64,000 nt of DNA, from the NCBI GenBank assembly GCA_016708765.1, contig JADJFD010000001.1:179626-243625 (forward strand), in the 5' to 3' direction. The translations under genes were made by a program, and so were the position numbers. Below the pieces are notes generated by a model. It ran no database searches, was not told the DNA's origin, and saw only the letters and a program-made list of their open reading frames with translations. Below are positions 60,794 to 64,000 of this stretch, in pieces. The first letter of the stretch is position 1; every line of letters begins with the position of its first letter. This DNA comes from Chitinophagaceae bacterium (GTDB taxonomy: Bacteria > Bacteroidota > Bacteroidia > Chitinophagales > Chitinophagaceae).

Positions 60794-62046
60794 ATGAAGA
60801 CGGGATTAATTTTTATACTATTTACTTTTATTACTATCAGTTGCCTCAATGCACAACGTAACTGCGTTTCAAAATCATATCAACTTGAAGCTTTTGCAAA
60901 AGATGCAGCATTAAAAAACAATGTTGCAGCTATTGAGTCTTTCATTGCAAGACAGCAACCCCAAAACACTACAGAAGGAAACAGAATTGAATCTACCATT
61001 ATAAAAATTCCTGTTGTTGTACATATTCTATATCATTCTCCGGAACAAAAGCTGACTGATGCAGTTGTTCAAAACCAGATTAAAATACTAAACGAAGCTT
61101 TCAGAAAGCAGAATGCTGACACTGCTAATATACCGGCCAGATTTAAAGCACTTGCTGCTGATTGCGAAATTGAATTTCAACTGGCAACCTCAGACCCTAA
61201 AAGAAGATACACCAATGGTATTACTCGCAAATACACTCCAATAAAAGAGTGGGAAGCGAATGATGAAATGAAGTATGCCGCTAAAATGGGTACTGATGCT
61301 TGGGACCCTAAAAGTTATCTGAACATATGGGTTTGTAAACTAGATAATGTTTCAGGATATTCCAGTGTAATTGGCGGAACTACAGAAAATGACGGCATTG
61401 TATTGGACTTTAATGCCTTTGACTTAAATGTGACAAGTGCTGTATCTAATCTTGGAAAAACGGCAGTGCATGAAGTTGGGCACTGGCTCGGTTTAAAACA
61501 TTTATGGGGTGATGAATATTGTGGTGACGATGGTATTACCGATACACCTAAGCAATCAGGTAATAATGTTAGTTGCCCTTCGGGAGTGCTAATTTCTTGT
61601 GGAAACGGACCAAACGGTGATATGTATATGAATTATATGGATTTTACCAACGATGACTGTATTAATATGTTTACGCTGGGTCAAAAAGCAAGAATGCTTA
61701 GCCTATTTAACCCGGGAGGTGTTCGCAATTCATTGCTTACTTCAAAAGGATTGGATGCCCCGATCATATTTGAATCACCAGTACCAGAAGAAGATCCAAG
61801 GTGGTTGGAGGTGAAAATGTACCCGAATCCGGCAACATCAGAGCTTATCTTGGATTTGGCGTATGATATTCGCTGGATTGGAAAATAATTTATATATATA
61901 ATTTACATGGACAACTCGTTATGAATGTGTTGATTAAGTCTAAAACACAGCGTATAGATGTCACTCAATTGCAGCCGGGAATATATTTCCTTGCAGCGAA
62001 AAAGGATGATGGGGAGTCTATGAAGAAGCGTTTTACCAAGTTATGA
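60794..62046 (+). CDS. M43 (pappalysin/ulilysin-like) zinc metalloprotease with T9SS C-terminal sorting domain, frameshifted near 61880-61888
   Basis: HEVGHWLGLKHLWGD, MNYMDFT. The CTD starts at YPNPA, and one added A continues it as KIIYIYNLHGQLVMN...LQPGIYFL...KRFTKL*. Confidence 0.88.
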
Positions 62047-62083
62047 GTCGCAACCAAAATTTATTCTAACGGCAAGCTATGGG

Positions 62084-62110
62084 GTCACTGAAAAGTGATC
62101 CCTATTTTTT
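62084..62110 (+). terminator. Terminator between convergent protease and ribF genes
   Basis: gggtcact-gaaa-agtgatccc followed by T run. Confidence 0.7.
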
Positions 62111-63039
62111 TATAGCACCTTCAAGCTGTTGATTTTGTCCTGATCTATTTGTTTTACAAGAGCTTCCAGCCCGTCAAACTTTACTTCTTCCCGTAGGTAT
62201 TTTTTTACAAACACTTTTAGTTGCTGGTCGTATATCTCTTTATCGAAATCAAACAAGTTTACTTCAATCACTTTTGTTTTGCCATCTACAGTTGGGCGAA
62301 AGCCAATACTCATCATACCCTTTATTCTGTCTTCAGAACCTTCAACTTGTGCATACACAGCATAAATACCGTTACCGGGAATAATTTTTTCTTCATCTTC
62401 CATTTTTAAGTTGGCTGTCGGATAACCAAGTTGTCTGCCTAATTTATTACCATGAACAACGGTACCGGAAAAGAAAAAATTATAGCCTAATAACTTATCT
62501 GCTGTTGCAATATCATTGTGCAAAATAGCTTCTCGTATATTGGTAGAACTGATAGAAATATTCTCCAATATATGTTTTGGAATTTCTTTAAGCTGAAAAT
62601 TTAATTCCTTAGACATTTTTTCTAAAAGGCGATAATCTCCTAAACGGTCACGGCCAAAACGATGATCGTAACCAATAATAATAGTATGTGGGTGAAATTT
62701 ATCAAAGAGAAAATGCTCAACGTATTCTTCCGCAGGTTGATTGGCAAACCCATCAGTAAACGGAACGATTACCAAATGGTCAATTCCAATTGCCTGTAAC
62801 AATTCAATCTTCTCATCCAATGTATTAATGAGCCTAATGCCTAAAATGGTTGAAGAAACTACTTTTCTTGGATGCGGATGAAATGTTACAATAACAGATT
62901 CGCCATTAATTGCTTTTGCTTCTGCCAATAATTTATCTATTACTTGCCTGTGGCCCATATGCACACCATCAAATGTTCCAATGGTGATGACTGCATTATT
63001 AAATAAGGGCAAATTTTCTATATCACGGTGTACTTGCAT
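62110..63039 (-). CDS. ribF: Bifunctional riboflavin kinase / FAD synthetase
   Basis: Start MQVHRD; TIGTFDGVHMGH, TFHPHP, IGYDHRFG, ISSTNIR, GRQLGYPTAN, SIGFRPT, LREEVKF. Confidence 0.96.
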   Translation of the reverse strand: MQVHRDIENLPLFNNAVITIGTFDGVHMGHRQVIDKLLAEAKAINGESVIVTFHPHPRKVVSSTILGIRLINTLDEKIELLQAIGIDHLVIVPFTDGFANQPAEEYVEHFLFDKFHPHTIIIGYDHRFGRDRLGDYRLLEKMSKELNFQLKEIPKHILENISISSTNIREAILHNDIATADKLLGYNFFFSGTVVHGNKLGRQLGYPTANLKMEDEEKIIPGNGIYAVYAQVEGSEDRIKGMMSIGFRPTVDGKTKVIEVNLFDFDKEIYDQQLKVFVKKYLREEVKFDGLEALVKQIDQDKINSLKVL

Positions 63040-63141
63040 AATTTGAATGGGTAAAATTAATTGATAATTGATTATCAGTCTGCGAAAATTCATCTCTGAT
63101 GTCAGGTACGGAACAATTAAATTTGCCGGGTAATTGAAACT

Positions 63142-64000
63142 ATGAGTTTGTATAGCAAAAGAGGCGTATCTGCCCAGAAAGAAGAAGTACATGCCGCCAC
63201 TAAGAACCTTGACAAAGGACTTTATGAAAAGGCGTTTTGTAAAATTTATGCCGATATAATGTGTGGAGATGAGGATTGGGTGAATGTGATGCATGCAGAT
63301 GGAGCTGGTACCAAAAGCATTCTTGCCTATTTATATTGGAAAGAAACAGGCGATGTGTCCGTTTGGAAAGGCATTGCTCAGGATGCTATAGTTATGAATC
63401 TCGACGATTTGCTTTGTGTAGGTATTTATGATAAGATACTTTTTTCCTCTACGATTGACAGAAACAAAAATCTCATTCCTGCAGAATTGCTGGAAGCCGT
63501 AATAACAGGTACTCAAGAGTTTTTTGACCGTATGAAAGGCTTTGGTGTCAACATCAGTTTTATGGGTGGCGAAACGGCAGATGTAGGTGATGTGGTAAGA
63601 ACGATGGCGGTAAATGGCACTATGACTGCTCGTTGGCCAAAAGCAAAGCTGATTACCAATGAAAAGATTAAAGCCGGAAATGTAATTGTTGGCCTAGCTG
63701 GATTTGGACAAGCAAATTACGAAACAAGTTATAACAGTGGCTTAGCCAGTAACGGATTGACCAGTGCAAGGCATGATGTATTGCACAAAACGTATGGAGC
63801 AAGATTTCAGGAGAGTTATGATACATCGTTGGATGAATCTGTGGTGTATATCGGCCCGCATAGAATAACCGATGAAATTAAGGATGGTGAAAGGACAACA
63901 ACTATTGGGGAACTTTTATTAAGCCCAACTAGAACATTTGCGCCGATAATGAAAGAGTTATTGGAAAATCATTTTGATGCTATTAATGGTTTGGTGCATT
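63142..64000 (+). CDS. purM: AIR synthase (PurM)-related protein, Bacteroidota type; runs off the window end, absent from the ORF track
   Basis: MSLYSKRGVSAQKEEVH, MHADGAGTKS, MNLDDLLCVG, GGETADVGD, SNGLTSARHD, LLSPTRTF. Confidence 0.9.
   Translation, partial: MSLYSKRGVSAQKEEVHAATKNLDKGLYEKAFCKIYADIMCGDEDWVNVMHADGAGTKSILAYLYWKETGDVSVWKGIAQDAIVMNLDDLLCVGIYDKILFSSTIDRNKNLIPAELLEAVITGTQEFFDRMKGFGVNISFMGGETADVGDVVRTMAVNGTMTARWPKAKLITNEKIKAGNVIVGLAGFGQANYETSYNSGLASNGLTSARHDVLHKTYGARFQESYDTSLDESVVYIGPHRITDEIKDGERTTTIGELLLSPTRTFAPIMKELLENHFDAINGLVH

Noticed and set aside
63040-63294. 85-aa N-terminal extension of RibF in the ORF track
   Set aside because: It overlaps the purM start on the opposite strand and the shared promoter region; RibF similarity begins at MQVHRD.
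157-63516. Numerous 60-165-aa track ORFs antisense to or nested in long genes (for example 356-613, 2321-2620, 31205-31702, 38481-38852)
   Set aside because: They are shadows of well-supported genes on another strand or frame, with no independent motifs.

Overview
This 64 kb window is AT-rich bacterial DNA. Gene content, TAnnTTTG promoters and a T9SS cargo protein point to Bacteroidota, probably Chitinophagaceae-like (inference). The first ~10.3 kb looks like the right end of a decayed island. It carries a HipA-like C-terminus, an RtcB fragment, a serine-recombinase-like fragment and an ECF sigma/FecR/SusC/SusD/TlpA locus, and ends at a displaced tRNA 3' fragment plus terminator. The rest is mostly housekeeping: uxuA, sdaA, ggt, polX-PHP, rplU/rpmA, dxr, rseP, tmRNA, a complete his operon with His-rich attenuator, a 2-oxoacid dehydrogenase E2, cinA, dacB, a TPR/outer-membrane operon, ribF and partial purM. 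The most unusual signal is a 162-codon in-frame insertion in cinA. It contains a DUF559/Vsr-like endonuclease domain bounded by inverted GC-rich hairpin repeats. Other short palindromic elements occur elsewhere: in frame in polX (42 nt) and in a methyltransferase (21 nt), and nested in an intergenic spacer. There are also several 7-8-nt tandem arrays, often in inverted pairs, and a ~75-bp duplication of the ggt 3' end flanking a GT87 gene. Five genes carry single nonsense or homopolymer-frameshift lesions, which may be assembly errors. All family assignments are from motif recognition, not database searches.
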